Shown here in pieces: positions 31,928 to 42,663 of a stretch of 64,000 nt of DNA. This stretch comes from Dudresnaya verticillata (Eukaryota). Position 1 is the stretch's first letter. Each line of letters opens with the position of its first letter. The notes below the pieces were generated by a model, which was not told the DNA's origin, searched no databases, and saw only the letters and a program-made list of their open reading frames with translations. The stretch spans positions 310,001 to 374,000 of the forward strand of contig OZ374566.1 in assembly GCA_977862235.1 (NCBI GenBank), written 5' to 3'. Position numbers and translations under genes: made by a program.

Positions 31928-33385
31928 ATGCCAGCTCTGCAACAGGAGAATGACTTTCCCTGTTTCCTTGGGGTACCACTCTTGCGAAACAGGCCGCGTG
32001 GCAGGCTGACCCGATCCTCCCAATCTCCACGCCGGACCCGCAGCAGGCTACTGCCGCACCTATCAGCACACACCGGACCACAGCACCCGCTCTTCACTTC
32101 GCAGTCATATCGTGATTCCTTCCTGCGCACGACTTGGGGCAAGAAGCCCTTCCTTTTTCGCAATCTCTTCCCCAACTACACACCGCCGCTCACGCCAGAT
32201 GAGCTAGCTGGGCTATCATGCAGCCCAGGTACGCATGCGCGCTTAATAACCGGTCGCTATCCAGGCCAATTTGAGCTGCGCCTAGGTCCGTTCGAAGAGT
32301 CTGTGTTCTCGACGCTGCCAGATACCGATTGGACATTGCTACTGTCGGATGCAAACTACCATGTGCCGGCGTTAGCCTCCCTGCTCTCGTACTTTTCGTT
32401 CATTCCGAACTGGCGCGTCGACGATCTAATGGTTTCGTACGCCGCACCGGGCGGGTCCGTCGGACCACACGTCGATAACTATGACGTCTTCCTGGTGCAG
32501 GCTGCTGGACGTCGCAGGTGGCTTACGTCATATACTCCTATCTCTGCAACGGACGAGTTGCTCGCTGAAGGCGACGTGCGTGTCCTGCGAGACGGGTTTG
32601 AAACACAGGAAGAGTGGGTGCTCGAGCCTGGCGATGCGCTGTATATCCCACCAAGATTCCCGCACCACGGCGTGTCGCTCGATGACCAGTGCATGACGTT
32701 CAGTGTCGGCTTTCGTGCACCGACTATTGCGGATCTTGCTCATGGGTGGGTGGAGGAGGTTGTCGAACGGGAGAGGCTTGGCGAGGAGTTTTTCGCAGAT
32801 TCCTACGAGGATCTTGTGACCAATGCGGGGGATCCGGCGCGAGTAAGTGAAAAGGCGGTTGACAGGGCGTTTGAGGCGGTTACTGGGAAGTTAGCGCAAA
32901 GTGAATCGATGCGTGAAGCGTTTGGGAAGTGGTTCGTTCAGGAGGTTAGCATGCCAAAGCGGTTTCGGACTGGGGGAGAGGGGGGTGATTCGCTCTCAGT
33001 TGTTGAAGCGGGGGCCTTGGTGGGAGACGTCCTCGATGTGGATGATGAGCAGGGATCCTTTGTCGTACGACAGCAGGAAGGTTCTGTGTTTTTGTATTCG
33101 GAGGATATGGAGGGTGTCGCAATGTATATCGATGGTGAGCGGTGGGATGTTGCCAATGTCGAGATTGCGAAAGCTATATGCGGACAACGGGAGATTGAAG
33201 CTGGCCATCTGGCTCGTCTTGGAAAGAATAACCCTTCCGTCCGCGGCTTGTTGCAACGACTATTCCATTCGGGGTTTCTGTACGTATGTGAAGAAGATTT
33301 TGAACAGGAAGCCGATATAGGTGAAGGGGAAGCGGCCTTTTTGTCGGATTCCGAGGAGGAAGAAAGCTTGCTTGTAAAGGAATAA
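31928..33385 (+). CDS. JmjC/cupin-4 2OG oxygenase, bacterial RoxA/YcfD-like, with probable organellar transit peptide
   Basis: W.KKP, PDELAGL, WTLL, FIPNWRVDD.MVSYA.PGGSVGPHVDNYDVFL.Q..GRRRW, LEPGD.LYIPP..PH.G and SVGFRAP. Confidence 0.85.
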   Translation: MPALQQENDFPCFLGVPLLRNRPRGRLTRSSQSPRRTRSRLLPHLSAHTGPQHPLFTSQSYRDSFLRTTWGKKPFLFRNLFPNYTPPLTPDELAGLSCSPGTHARLITGRYPGQFELRLGPFEESVFSTLPDTDWTLLLSDANYHVPALASLLSYFSFIPNWRVDDLMVSYAAPGGSVGPHVDNYDVFLVQAAGRRRWLTSYTPISATDELLAEGDVRVLRDGFETQEEWVLEPGDALYIPPRFPHHGVSLDDQCMTFSVGFRAPTIADLAHGWVEEVVERERLGEEFFADSYEDLVTNAGDPARVSEKAVDRAFEAVTGKLAQSESMREAFGKWFVQEVSMPKRFRTGGEGGDSLSVVEAGALVGDVLDVDDEQGSFVVRQQEGSVFLYSEDMEGVAMYIDGERWDVANVEIAKAICGQREIEAGHLARLGKNNPSVRGLLQRLFHSGFLYVCEEDFEQEADIGEGEAAFLSDSEEEESLLVKE

Positions 33386-34343
33386 AGTGGGAAGTTGTTT
33401 TGCGGACCTAACGCAGGTCGCTACTTCGTTATGGACTGAGTACTCTAGTATCAAGGCGAACGTGTATACAGTGCCGCAATAACCCGGGGGCAGACATTGT
33501 AAGATATTGTAAGACTCTGTGGCAGCACTATGCTTGTCCTTGGCCTTCATGAATTGTCCGGGAACTTGGGGATGCCTTACTTTTTCAATACTACAACTGC
33601 AATGCTATCTTCTGTAGTACTCTGTATCATAGATACTTGCACTGCAGCACTAGCCAGCTCTACACCTGGTTATGATACCGCTAGTATAATCCACACTTCA
33701 GAGGATGCACATGTATCTGAGTAAGAGTGTTTCCGTTGCTGGATCTCCCTGAGGGACTGAAGTCGGCACGGGGCAAAGCTGAGGGAGAATCATACGGGTT
33801 GTAGTCTTTGGCCTTTAAGATTGCAGATAAAGAACCTGAGAAGTACAGTAGTTCTTGGTACTAACACGTCCGCCGCGTCTTCCGATGCACAAGCGCGTCT
33901 ATATAGCATGTTAACATTGCCCAGCCCTACGCTTACGTGAACTACTACGCAGCCTGCCTTATCATGCTATATGGTGCCACCCGCCGTGGGTACCCTTCAG
34001 AAGGGTAGTCACAGTTCACACAATACACAGCGGGCCCGCAGCAGCATCGCATTTTTCTGAAAACAATTTGCTCGTTCAGCTCAAAGTTCCTCGTCAGCAG
34101 GGGGTCGTTGAAGACTGCTAAGAATGTGCTTGCGCTAACGATTAGAGTGGAGCGAGAAACTATAGGACTCAACAGCAAGCATTGGTAAGCATCCCCGTGG
34201 ACCTTCAGCTGAGCGACTGACAAACAGAGGGACACGGGCCGTTTCGGGCGGCCTTGTTGGGCCAACATAGGTCAGTACTTGACCCTGCTGACGAGTATCC
34301 CCTTCATTTACCCTGTCGTTAATCATCTACCATATTAGGGAGC

Positions 34344-35597
34344 ATGGAAACTGAAGAGAAGGAATCAAAGAGAACTACGGTCATGTCAGAAGCGAAAGGA
34401 AACGATGTAGGGCTACACCCCAGAGATGTTGAAAGGTACAGCCGGCAGTTGATCCTCCCGCAATTTGGAGTCCGAAGCCAGAGCAAACTGCGTGATGGGC
34501 GTGTGCTTATTGTTGGTGTGGGTGGGCTTGGGTGCCCAGCTGCGTTGTATCTTGCTGGTGCGGGCGTCGGGACTCTTGGACTAGTTGACCGTCCACTGGA
34601 TGTTGTGGAGAAGAGCAATTTGCATCGACAAATCGCGCATGGAGAAGCACAGCTGGGAATGAATAAGGTAGAGTCTGCAGGAATTGCCATTCGCGCTCTG
34701 AACTCTTCTGTGACCATCGTGAAGCACAAGGAGATCGTGCCTTCAAATGCAGTTGAGCTTGTTTCTGGGTATGACGTTATTCTAGACTGCACGGATAATG
34801 TCCTATCGCGGTACCTGGTCAACGATGCTTGTGCAGCAGCAGCCGTACCACTTGTATCCGGCGCTGCTATCGGGATGGACGGCCAGATCACTGTCTACTG
34901 TAGCGATGAGGAGACTCCTTGCTATAGATGCATTTTCCCAAAGCCACCTCCTCCCAGTTGTGTCGGGAGCTGTGCCTCAGCCGGTGTAATCGGACCTGTC
35001 CCGGGCGTCATTGGGACCTTGCAAGCGCTTGAAGCGCTGAAGCTTCTTGGGGACATTCGGAAGACTACCACGCTGGCCAGGACTTTGTTGCTTTTTGACG
35101 GAGCCGATAGCGTATTTCGCTCCGTCAAACTCAGACCAAGAGTAGACAATTGCGTCGCTTGTGGAACCAACCGTAACCTCAGCGTTGCAACTTTCGACTA
35201 CGAAGGCTTTGCCAACGGAACAATTGGCGAAAAGATCGCCAGTGTTCCCCGCACACCACCTATAGACTCGAAGTTCCGCATCACTGCGGAGGAATTCTCT
35301 GCTATCCGAAAGTCTGGAGCGGGCTACAGATTAGTGGATGTCAGACCACGCACAGAGTTTGACATGTGCCATTTGGAAGAAGCTGAGAGTCATCCTCTTG
35401 CGACCTTTACGTCTTCACCTGTGCTCGAAGCGACAGGCGAAGAAAAGAGGCAGACAGTCTTCATTTGTCGGCGAGGTAACGCTAGTCAAAAAGCTGTGAA
35501 GCTTGCGCTGGAACGCAAGCTAGCAAATGTTGTCGATGTCATTGGAGGCTTGCAGTCATGGCACTATAATGTAGATGAACAGTTTCCGCTTTACTGA
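34344..35597 (+). CDS. MOCS3: Adenylyltransferase/sulfurtransferase MOCS3/UBA4/CNX5 (ThiF + rhodanese)
   Basis: RYSRQLILP, GVGGLGCP, SNLHRQ, DCTDN, PCYRC, C..CG and C-terminal rhodanese CRRGNASQ...GGL..W...VD..FPLY. Confidence 0.95.
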   Translation: METEEKESKRTTVMSEAKGNDVGLHPRDVERYSRQLILPQFGVRSQSKLRDGRVLIVGVGGLGCPAALYLAGAGVGTLGLVDRPLDVVEKSNLHRQIAHGEAQLGMNKVESAGIAIRALNSSVTIVKHKEIVPSNAVELVSGYDVILDCTDNVLSRYLVNDACAAAAVPLVSGAAIGMDGQITVYCSDEETPCYRCIFPKPPPPSCVGSCASAGVIGPVPGVIGTLQALEALKLLGDIRKTTTLARTLLLFDGADSVFRSVKLRPRVDNCVACGTNRNLSVATFDYEGFANGTIGEKIASVPRTPPIDSKFRITAEEFSAIRKSGAGYRLVDVRPRTEFDMCHLEEAESHPLATFTSSPVLEATGEEKRQTVFICRRGNASQKAVKLALERKLANVVDVIGGLQSWHYNVDEQFPLY

Positions 35598-35666
35598 CAG
35601 GCCGATCTCCCGTGGTAACTCGCTAGAATCACTGCAGGGCAACTGCCAACAAAATCACTCTTCTCT

Positions 35667-38600
35667 CTACCGACCACGGCCTTTGCGCGGCCGGCCTCTC
35701 TTGCGACGAGGACGGGGAGCCTTGTGGAGGTCTGGGTCAACAAACGGTTCGAGCTTTGTTGCTGACGATCTCTGCTGGCGGTCTGATTTTTCACCAGCTG
35801 TGTCTTCGTCTTTTGACAAAGGAGTTGCTTCCCTCTTTTCCAGTTCGGAAGCCTGGTCAGCTGCATCGCTTTCAGGGTCGATCGGCAGTTCCCCATCGTC
35901 TGCACTTGAGCTTTCAACTGGGGTGACCTGTGCGTTAAGCTTTCTTCGCTTTCTTTTGATTGCCTCCTTGATATCACCTTCCTCCTCCATTGCCGCCGTC
36001 CATTCCCTCTCAGTTAGATTGTCATCGTACAAAACCTCTTTTCGCTTACGACGCCCTCGGCCATGTTCCAGAATATTGCCAATCTGGTCTCGGTCTCTTT
36101 GCTTCTTGTCAACCTCTGGTTTCAGTACCCAAGATGGCAGCTCATCTTCTGAAACCAACAAGCGGGGTTTTCCTTCCCGGAGCGCAGCAGCTTCTGCATC
36201 CATTTGCTCAAACAATTCCAACTCCTCTTCTGAGCGGGCAAGCTTCTTGTTGATTTCACCTAGAGCCGTGACGTCCGCATTCGTTACCGCGTCGTCCCCG
36301 TTTTGCTGCCGCAACAGGTCCTTGAGCATCTCTTGCCTATCACTGTCGGAGCTCTTATTATTAAACTGTCCGGCTTGGATGACTTGTGCATCGATTTGCA
36401 GTTTGCGGTTAGCACGCTCGAGGATCTTGACCTCAATGCTACCGGAACAGATCAATCGATAAACCCGCACCTCTTTCGTTTGACCAATCCGATGCGCTCG
36501 GTCTTGCGCTTGGAGATCCATCATGGGATTCCAGTCAGAGTCAAAAATGATGACGGTATCAGCCGTCTGCAAGTTGAGACCGAGGCCTCCAGCACGTGTC
36601 GAAAGCAGGAAGCAAAAGATGTCCGAGTCCTGCGCATTAAACTGCTCAAGCATTTCTTGGCGATCCTCCGCTTTCGTTGTGCCGTCAAGGCGGAGGTGCT
36701 TCATTCCGATTATCGACATGAAATACTCGAGATAATTGAGTGCTGCAGTCATTTGAGAGAACAGAAGTACTCTGTGCCCGCTTCGCTTCAACTTTCTCAA
36801 GCAGTGGTCCAGTAGCTCAAACTTGCCCGAGGCCCGCATTAAATATTCTCTGGGAATAGACATCAATTCCTCCTCTTCATAGAACAGGAACGGATGGTTA
36901 CACACCTTCTTCAATTGCATGACCATGTTGTTGAACGACCGAACGCCCACATTGCCAGCACCAGAGGCAATTCCCAATTTAGCTCGCATTTGTCGATAAA
37001 GCACGCGTTGCCACACCGACATTTCGCACCTAAACACAATTTCAACCTTGTCCGGAAGCTGCGCCTCAACATCCGTCTTGAGCCTACGAAGCATAAACGG
37101 TCTCAAAACCTGATGCAGGCGACTGATAATCAGTAGGTTCTCTTCCTCGTTCAATTCCGCCGAACCACCAAGGGTTGAAGCCTGGAACGGGGCGTTGAAC
37201 CATGTTTCAAAAGTCTCTGCACTTGAGAAAATGGTCGGGAGCAGGAAATTTAGCAGTGCCCACAGCTCAGTCATGTTATTTTGCAGCGGGGTACCCGTCA
37301 AAAGCAAACGGTTGCGAGATTTATACTTTGCGCCAAGTGTCAAGGCGAGTTTGCAATCCGCGTTCTTCATTCGATGTCCTTCGTCCATGATGATGTACTT
37401 CCAGTAAATCTTGCCTAGCACGTTTTTGTCTTTGACGACAAACTCATATGTCGTCAGCAAAACGTTGTAGTTTCCGCCAGACATTTCATATGTCTGGATA
37501 TTCTTCCTTGTTGCAGGATCCCCTCTGTACACCACCTTGGTGAGCGATGGGGCCCAGAGGTCCAACTCTCTGACCCAGTTACTCATAACACTTAGTGGAA
37601 CAATCACGAGAAACGGGCCATACACACGCTTGACTTCGACTAAATAGGTTATCAGCGACAAAGTCTGAATGGTCTTGCCAAGCCCCATTTCATCGGCCAA
37701 AATCCCATTAAGGTTGTTGTTGAACAGTGAAACCAACCACTCTAGTCCCTCTACCTGATACGGCTTCAACTTTCCGCCAACAAGACATTGAGGCTGGTGA
37801 ACCTTCTCCGAAATGGTATGGGTGATGGTATAGTAGTCGTTTCTCCTCTTCTTGAGCTGCGTTAGCTCATCATCATCAGCACCCTCCTGAGAGTCAGACG
37901 GCTGGCCCTGCTCGGCCTCCGTGGACGGCCCATCAGCTTTCGTACCGCCTTTTGCTTTGTTCGCCTTGTCATCCTGCTCTCTCGCAGTCTGCTTCTGCCT
38001 CTCAACCTGTGCCCCAATTTGTACGAGGTACTCGTCGGTCTGCTTCAAGAGCTGAATTAGCCGCTTGTTCTTGGTCGCCTTCAACAGCTCCAAATACTCA
38101 TCCTCATTATTGTTCCGCAACGCACGAAGCCTCTCAACCTGCTCCCTCTTCTTCCTTCGCTCCTCTTCTCTCGACCTATCCCTAAAGTAGCGATCCAAAT
38201 CCTTCAACAATCGCTTGTGCAAAATAGCGCGCGAATGCGCAGCGCTCCGAAACTGGTGAGTGTGGTTCATGAGTCCGTTCATCATGTTTAACCTCCTCTG
38301 TCGTCTACGCACCTCTTGCTCGACGCGAAGATTCGCCGGTCGCTGGCCGAGCATTCTTCCACCAGGCACCATGCCTCCGCTGTGGGTAAACGTGTGTTGG
38401 CGGCGTTTAAACAAACCCCTAACATGCACGCGCAGGTCCGCAACGGCGGGGCGATCGAGCACGCGGAGCATGGTACCCCTGACGCGGGCGCGCACGGCGC
38501 GCTGCAGAGGGATAAGCTTAAGCTCCTTCGCTTCCCTGGCGGCGCAGCGCTTGGCATCATCAGGGAGCGTGGGCGGGAGCTCGGTGAGTTGACGCATACG

Positions 38601-39600
38601 CGACGTGATGCGCTTGGCGAGACGGAGCTCGCGCTGCTTGCGAAGTGTGATATAGCCCGGGGCGTGCTTACCGTGCGTGACGACTGAGATCGGGGCCGTG
38701 GCACGGTCGCGTAGAACAGAGCTTGGGGAATGCTCGCCGGGCGTGCCTGGCGTCCGCGGTGGAGCAGACGACTTTTGCTCGGCACGAGCCGACACCGTTC
38801 CGCCGGCTTCTTTCGGCGGCGGAAACGAGGCGGCGTCCGACAGCACAGCGCCGATCAGCTGGGCATGCAGTTGGGCCACACGCGGGTCAAGGCGCTCCTC
38901 GACGCGGTATGAAGAAGGGTCTGCTGCCGACGAGCGCCTCGCAGCAGCCTCGGCACGTATTCGATCGTGCCTCACCTGGGCGAGGGCGACCCTTTCTGCA
39001 GCCTCCTCGTCCGAGACATCCTCCGCTTCGCCCACAACGTCTGCTCTTTCAAACACATGGCCATCCGGAAACGACTCGGGGGCAACGCTTGGGAGCCACT
39101 CCGCGGCGGGGGTGTACAGAGCGGGGCACGCGCCTTCCGCGCGTGGCCGTCTCGCGACGACGGGAGCGGCGGTGGCTGCGGTAGCAGTAGGCGGAAGACC
39201 AGTGTCGGCGGCGGGCGCAGGCACGGGGTGCGGGCGCGGGCGCGCGGGGCCGCGCGAGGCAGCAAGAAGCTCTGGCGCGAGCGGGGCGGCGCGGAGCACG
39301 CGGCGGTACGCGGCGACCTGGGCGCGGAGGTGCAGCGCGGCGCGCGCGGGGAGCGGTCCGTCCGCGGTGTGCACGGCCGGCTCCGGCGCGGCGCGGCGCG
39401 ACGCGCGGCGCGGCGCGGCGACCACGTGGCGCGCGGCGTGCAGCGCGGACAGCGGCGGGCCCTTGCGCGCGAGCCGCGTCGCGGACGCGGGTGGCGACGG
39501 CGGCGGAGCGGCGCGCGCCTCCAGCGCGAGGCGGGCCGCGAGGACGGCCTGCGCGTTTTGCGCGGCGGTCGGGGTGGCCGCGGCGGGGGCGGCGGGCTCT

Positions 39601-39635
<35 letters not shown>

Positions 39636-39866
39636 CGCGGTGGGGCGGGCGAGCGCGGGCGGCGGGAGGGCGTGCGGGTTTGCGAGCGGCGGGGCGGGTG
39701 GGGGCGGCGGCGGCGGGGCCGACGCGCGGAGGAGGGCCAGGAGCGGGAGGAGGCGCGGGTCGTCTGCGGGGACGCCTGCGTCGACGAGCGCTGCGAGGGC
39801 GTTGCATGCGGCGTGGTGGTCGCGGGAGGAGGGAGCGGCGGGCGCGGCGGCGGCGGGGGGCTGCAT
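35667..39866 (-). CDS. SNF2: SWI2/SNF2 chromatin-remodelling ATPase (BRM/SNF2 subfamily)
   Basis: QLQ-like (LHLRAQVAAYRRV), HSA region, LADEMGLGKT, DEGHRMKN, TGTPLQNN, STRAGGLGLNLQ, QAQDRAHRIGQ, SnAC and terminal AT-hook RGRP. Confidence 0.95.
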
Positions 39867-40523
39867 GGCGCGCTGCGGGCGGGCGGTGCGGGCGCGGGCG
39901 GCGGGTGCGGGTGCGGGTGCGGCGGCGATGATTCGAGCATTGGCTCGCGCGTGCGAGCGGCGGGGGGGCCTTCGTTCCTTTCCGCGGCGCGGCTGGAGTG
40001 GTCAATTGCCTTTTTGTTTTCGCTTCGCGGCGCGCGCTTTCGGTTGAGCGGCAACAGCGATGCGCCTTACAGAGGCTGACAGTGGAAGAGTCCTTACACT
40101 GAAAACGCGTTGTTCTGCTGTCAGAGGCGACGCGTTGAAGAAGGTACGACGCGCATGAGAATGCATCGACGAGATGAGCATCATCGCCGCGGTCTCGCCT
40201 TGAGGGCAGTATATCGATGGGCGGTCAGCGCCTCTTGTGTCCACTTTAGATCTCTTTACTGCTCGTCACCGGCGCGGTTGCGCTTCGCCGCGAGCAAATG
40301 ATTGAAAGTCCCAAACTCCGACCACTATATAAACTAGACTAGCCCGGAATAAGATCCGCAGCAAACCCGCCGCCGCCGGGACCCGGTCGCTCCCGCCCCC
40401 CGGCCCCCCCGCCCCCGTCTCCGAAAAACCGTTCTACGAGCACCTTGCTCCTCCTCCCACCCCCCCCCCACCCTGCCGTCGTCCCAAAACATACATATGG
40501 ACACAAACAGACACCCCTCTTTT

Positions 40524-41150
40524 CTACAAGAAATCAGGGTTTGCCAAGCCGATCACGCCATAGCCGACCCTGGGACCCGAGTCACCAGAGGGCTGAAACT
40601 TGGGCCCCTTGTCGGCGCCGCCATGCAGAATAATGCCGCGGCCGAGAATGGAAGCCAGCGTCATGACCTTGTCAATGCGGTTATACGTAGCGTCACCATC
40701 CGCGTTGGCGCCGATGTTGCCCATATCGCCCCAGTGGCGCACCTTGTTCGATGGGAAGCCGTGCCTGGTGGGCGTATCGTCGGGGTTGGTGAAGTGGCCT
40801 CCCATGGCGGCGCCGTCGGGCTTCGACAGGTCACCGTATGTGTGCACGTGGAAGCCGTGCTTGCCCGGCGTGAGCCCGGTCATGTTGGCCGTGATGCGCA
40901 CCAAGCACTCGTGCCAGCGGCGGTCGCCGCGGGCAAACTCGGCGCGGAAGTGCACCTCGCCGGCCGCCGTGTTCCCTTCCGTCGGCTGAATAACGCAGCG
41001 CAGCGGCATCGCAGACTCGCACTCGGCCTTCCGCTTCTGGTACGACCCGCGCCGGCGCGCCGCGCGCGCCTCCGCTGGCAGCAGCGCCACTAGCAGCACC
41101 AGCACAACCGCAGCGGTGGCGGGGAAGGGGAACGAGCGTCGGGTCGTCAT
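40524..41150 (-). CDS. Cu/Zn superoxide dismutase with N-terminal signal peptide
   Basis: HGFHVH, GGHF, RHG, RHWGDMGNI, GR.IILH and GDSGPR..GVIG, with a hydrophobic signal peptide. Confidence 0.92.
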   Translation of the reverse strand: MTTRRSFPFPATAAVVLVLLVALLPAEARAARRRGSYQKRKAECESAMPLRCVIQPTEGNTAAGEVHFRAEFARGDRRWHECLVRITANMTGLTPGKHGFHVHTYGDLSKPDGAAMGGHFTNPDDTPTRHGFPSNKVRHWGDMGNIGANADGDATYNRIDKVMTLASILGRGIILHGGADKGPKFQPSGDSGPRVGYGVIGLANPDFL

Positions 41151-41243
41151 CTCGTGGCGGTGGCGGTGTTTGCGTGCGTTTGTGCGCGCGTGTTTGTGTG
41201 TTTGTGTGCGTGTGCGTGGGTGGGAAGGCGTAGGATCCGCGAA

Positions 41244-41248
41244 AGAGA

Positions 41249-41290
<42 letters not shown>
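41244..41290. repeat. (GA)n microsatellite in the putative 5' UTR of the SOD gene
   Basis: About 22 GA units with one interruption, seen directly. Confidence 0.9.
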
Positions 41291-41294
<4 letters not shown>

Positions 41295-41383
41295 TTTGTG
41301 TGGCGCGTGGTGGTGAAGGTGAAGGCGGTGGTACAGCCAAGGGTTGCGGGCGCGTGCGCGGCGGCGCGTGAAGACAGTACGGG

Positions 41384-41392
41384 TTTTAAATA
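41384..41392 (-). promoter_or_regulatory. Candidate TATA box (TATTTAAAA) for the Cu/Zn-SOD gene
   Basis: Isolated AT-rich word in very GC-rich DNA about 240 nt upstream of the SOD ATG, on the coding strand. Confidence 0.45.
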
Positions 41393-42021
41393 CCGCGCGC
41401 GCGGGGCGGGGGGGCGGCGTCGGGCGTCGGGCGTCGGGCGTCGGGGCAGCGGAGCGGAGCGCGGCGGTGTGGCGCGGGGGCGGCGGGGCGCGCAGGCAGC
41501 TGTGCGGGAGGGGCGGTCGGCCGCGCGCGCGCGGGAATGGGGGCGGGAATGGGGGCGGGAGTGCTGCGCAGAAACGCGGGGTTCTGGAAACGCGAAACGC
41601 GGGCGGCGCGCGCGCATCGGTGGCTGGCTGCCACTGGCGCCGGCGCGCGACCGGCGCTGCGGCTGTGGCGTATGACGCGCGCGAGCGGCGCGGATTACAG
41701 TGCGCGCGAACGCGTTCGCGACAGGCTGCGGCGAGGCACGGAAGGTGCGTAAGGTGCGTGCCACGCGGCGTCTCGCGCGCGTTTTAGCGCGCGCGGGGGG
41801 CGTGCGTGCGCGGCGGGGCGCGCGCGCTGCATGCACGGGCGGCTTGGAAGGGGCCGGGATGGCGGTGGCAGCGGCTGGCGCGGCCGCGCGCGCGAGAGCG
41901 AGCGAGCGAGCGTGCGAGAGCGCGGACGTACTGTACTGTAGATGCCGTGGATAGTGCGTGTTTGCGTGATGCGACGCGGGCGGAAGGACCGCGGCGCGCT
42001 GCGGACGCGCACGGGTCGCGC

Positions 42022-42048
42022 GCTCTCTCTCTCTCTCTCTCTCTCTCT
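42022..42048. repeat. (CT)n microsatellite
   Basis: Run of CT units seen directly. Confidence 0.85.
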
Positions 42049-42607
42049 GCCAAAGGGCGCCGCGCGCATCATCACATCACCCACACATCATCACGCACAC
42101 AGCGCCACCACACCCCTCCACCCACGCAGCGCAGCGAGCGACGCCGGCGCGGCAGCGTGCGTGCGTGCTGGACAGGTCGCGGAGGCGACTGTACAGTACT
42201 GTTGTTTACTGCTGCTACATATGTACATAACAGCCACAGTTACAGCGGTGTGGCTGCGAGGGCGTGCGACAGGCTGTCACATGTTAGCAGATCAACACAC
42301 TCACAGCGGCCGTCCACGCGGCGCAGAGCACGTGGCACGAGCGCGCGTCACGGCACATCGCCAACGCAAAAACGGCCTTCGCGTCTCATACCTGTCAGCG
42401 CCATTGGAAAGCTTTTCATTCGCTCTTTGATTGCAGCCTCTGCCTGATCGGCTCGCGCCCAGACGAAGATGATGCGCGATGCGCGATGCGCGCGAAGCGC
42501 TGGCGCCGCCTGCTGCCTGCCGCGCGCGCAGCCGCCACTGCTCACAGCGCCCGCCGCCCGCCCTCGCGCGCGCGCATGAGAGCCGCGCACCCCGCGCGCG
42601 CACGCGC

Positions 42608-42622
42608 AGCCAGCCGGCCAGC

Positions 42623-42662
<40 letters not shown>
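42608..42662. repeat. (CCAG)n tetranucleotide repeat
   Basis: Tandem GCCA/CCAG units with a few CCGG variants. Confidence 0.85.

Positions 42663-42663
<1 letters not shown>

Noticed and set aside
38677..40079. Several long overlapping ORFs (456, 370, 360 and 318 aa) around the SNF2 5' end
   Set aside because: They are antisense or alternative-frame shadows in extremely GC-rich DNA with few stop codons, and their Ala/Arg/Pro/Gly-dominated products have no motifs.
41244..42048. (GA)n and (CT)n tracts as possible terminal inverted repeats of a MITE
   Set aside because: The complementarity is only that of simple repeats, with no unique TIR sequence or target-site duplication.
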